Origin: a bacterium
GTDB taxonomy: Bacteria; SZUA-182; DTGQ01
NCBI GenBank assembly: GCA_040752695.1
Contig: JBFMGO010000100.1
Span: 1-22,761, forward strand
Direction of reading: 5' to 3'
DNA length: 22,761 nt
Both the position numbers and the translations under genes were made by a program. Below, piece by piece: positions 21,821 to 22,761 of this stretch; position 1 is the first letter of the stretch, and each line of letters starts with the position of its first letter. The notes under the pieces were generated by a model. It was not told the DNA's origin and ran no database searches. It worked only from the letters and a program-made list of their open reading frames with translations.

Positions 21821-22761
21821 ATGAAAATGTGTATGACGGGAAGATCAACGGCCTTAAGTATATATCGTTTTATGAATCAAGTGGTTATGGGAATGCAGCT
21901 CGCTCCTATCTGCACGCTGTCAGACGTGCAGGAATCCCCTTCACCTGGAGCCCAATGGTGCCCGGGAGGGCGCTGGGCTTAGGATATGAACCATTCAAAG
22001 GGAAGGCCATAGGCGATCCTGATTTAGATCGGTTTTGTAACCGGCAGATTGACTATGATGCGGTTATTATCCATACTGTCCCGGAGTATTTTCCCTTTTG
22101 CATAAAACAGGAGTCAAACAACACACGTACTTTCGGATATACGGTCTGGGAAACAGATAAGATTCCCCGCCACTGGCCTGCACTTTTGAACCTGGTCGAT
22201 CATTTACTTGTCCCCTGCCACTGGAACAGGGAAGTTTTTCGGCAGGGCAGCGTTAAGACTCCCATTGATGTTGTTCCTCATATCTTTGAAGAAAAAGAGC
22301 CGATAAAAGGTGGATTCCCCTGGGACATACCGCCATCCGATTATATGTTTTATACTATTGGGGTCTGGACAGAGAGAAAGGCCGTCTGGAACGTAGTCAG
22401 ATGCTATTTGGATACTTTCACCGCACATGATCCGACCCTTTTGGTTATTAAAACGACCGGCAAGGACCTTACCAGGAGATTTTTCCGAAAATGGCTCGGG
22501 AGCACGAAATATGCCGTTTCAAAAATTATCCGCCGCTACCGCTCACCGGCCAGAATCATGCTCATAGATAATGAGATAAGTGACCAGGATATTCTGAGAT
22601 TGCACTATCGAGGAGACTGCTATATTTCATTATGCAGGTCAGAAGGGTGGGGATTAGGTGCATTTGATGCAGCCGGATACGGCAAGCCGGTGATTATGAC
22701 CGGTTTTGGTGGACAATTGGACTACTTACACCGGGATTTGGCTTTTCTGGTGGACTATTCC
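21817..22761 (+). CDS. Family GT4 glycosyltransferase, 3'-truncated (absent from the ORF track)
   Basis: ATG 21817 overlaps the upstream stop (ATGA) and the frame is open to the window end: MNENVYDGKINGLKYISFYESSGYGNAARSY...GYTVWETDKIP...LLVPCHWN...ERK...CYISLCRSEGWGLGAFDAAGYGKPVIMTGFGG, with a GT4 E-x7-acid motif at 22642-22668. Confidence 0.9.
   Translation, partial: MNENVYDGKINGLKYISFYESSGYGNAARSYLHAVRRAGIPFTWSPMVPGRALGLGYEPFKGKAIGDPDLDRFCNRQIDYDAVIIHTVPEYFPFCIKQESNNTRTFGYTVWETDKIPRHWPALLNLVDHLLVPCHWNREVFRQGSVKTPIDVVPHIFEEKEPIKGGFPWDIPPSDYMFYTIGVWTERKAVWNVVRCYLDTFTAHDPTLLVIKTTGKDLTRRFFRKWLGSTKYAVSKIIRRYRSPARIMLIDNEISDQDILRLHYRGDCYISLCRSEGWGLGAFDAAGYGKPVIMTGFGGQLDYLHRDLAFLVDYS

Noticed and set aside
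19..22428. The many short antisense and alternate-frame ORFs in the track (e.g. 19-390, 4403-4798, 9127-9519, 20947-21402, 22204-22428)
   Set aside because: All lie within or across long, motif-rich + strand genes and show no recognisable domains; they are shadow ORFs.

Overview
The window is one co-directional (+ strand), tightly packed operon: the distal part of a bacterial hybrid PKS-NRPS biosynthetic gene cluster followed by three glycosyltransferase genes. Gene 1 is open from base 1 (5'-truncated) and reads KR-ACP-[C remnant]-C-A(Gln/Glu-like)-PCP. Gene 2 (4844 aa) reads KS-AT*(internally deleted)-KR-ACP-C-A(Orn)-PCP-C-A(Asn)-PCP-[E scar]-C(DCL)-A(Leu-like)-PCP-TE. Two tandem paralogous GT1 glycosyltransferases and a 3'-truncated GT4 gene (missing from the ORF track) follow. 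The inferred product is a glycosylated peptide-polyketide ending in a statine-like (gamma-amino-beta-hydroxy) unit-Orn-Asn-Leu; I do not recognise it as a known cluster. Two things stand out. First, several clean in-frame deletions have pruned the assembly line without breaking the ORFs: most of a module, two AT segments, an entire epimerization domain and possibly a methyltransferase. Second, a perfect 36-bp repeat / 36-bp unique insert / 36-bp repeat lies in frame inside the last A domain. Domain boundaries and A-domain codes were read by eye and are approximate.
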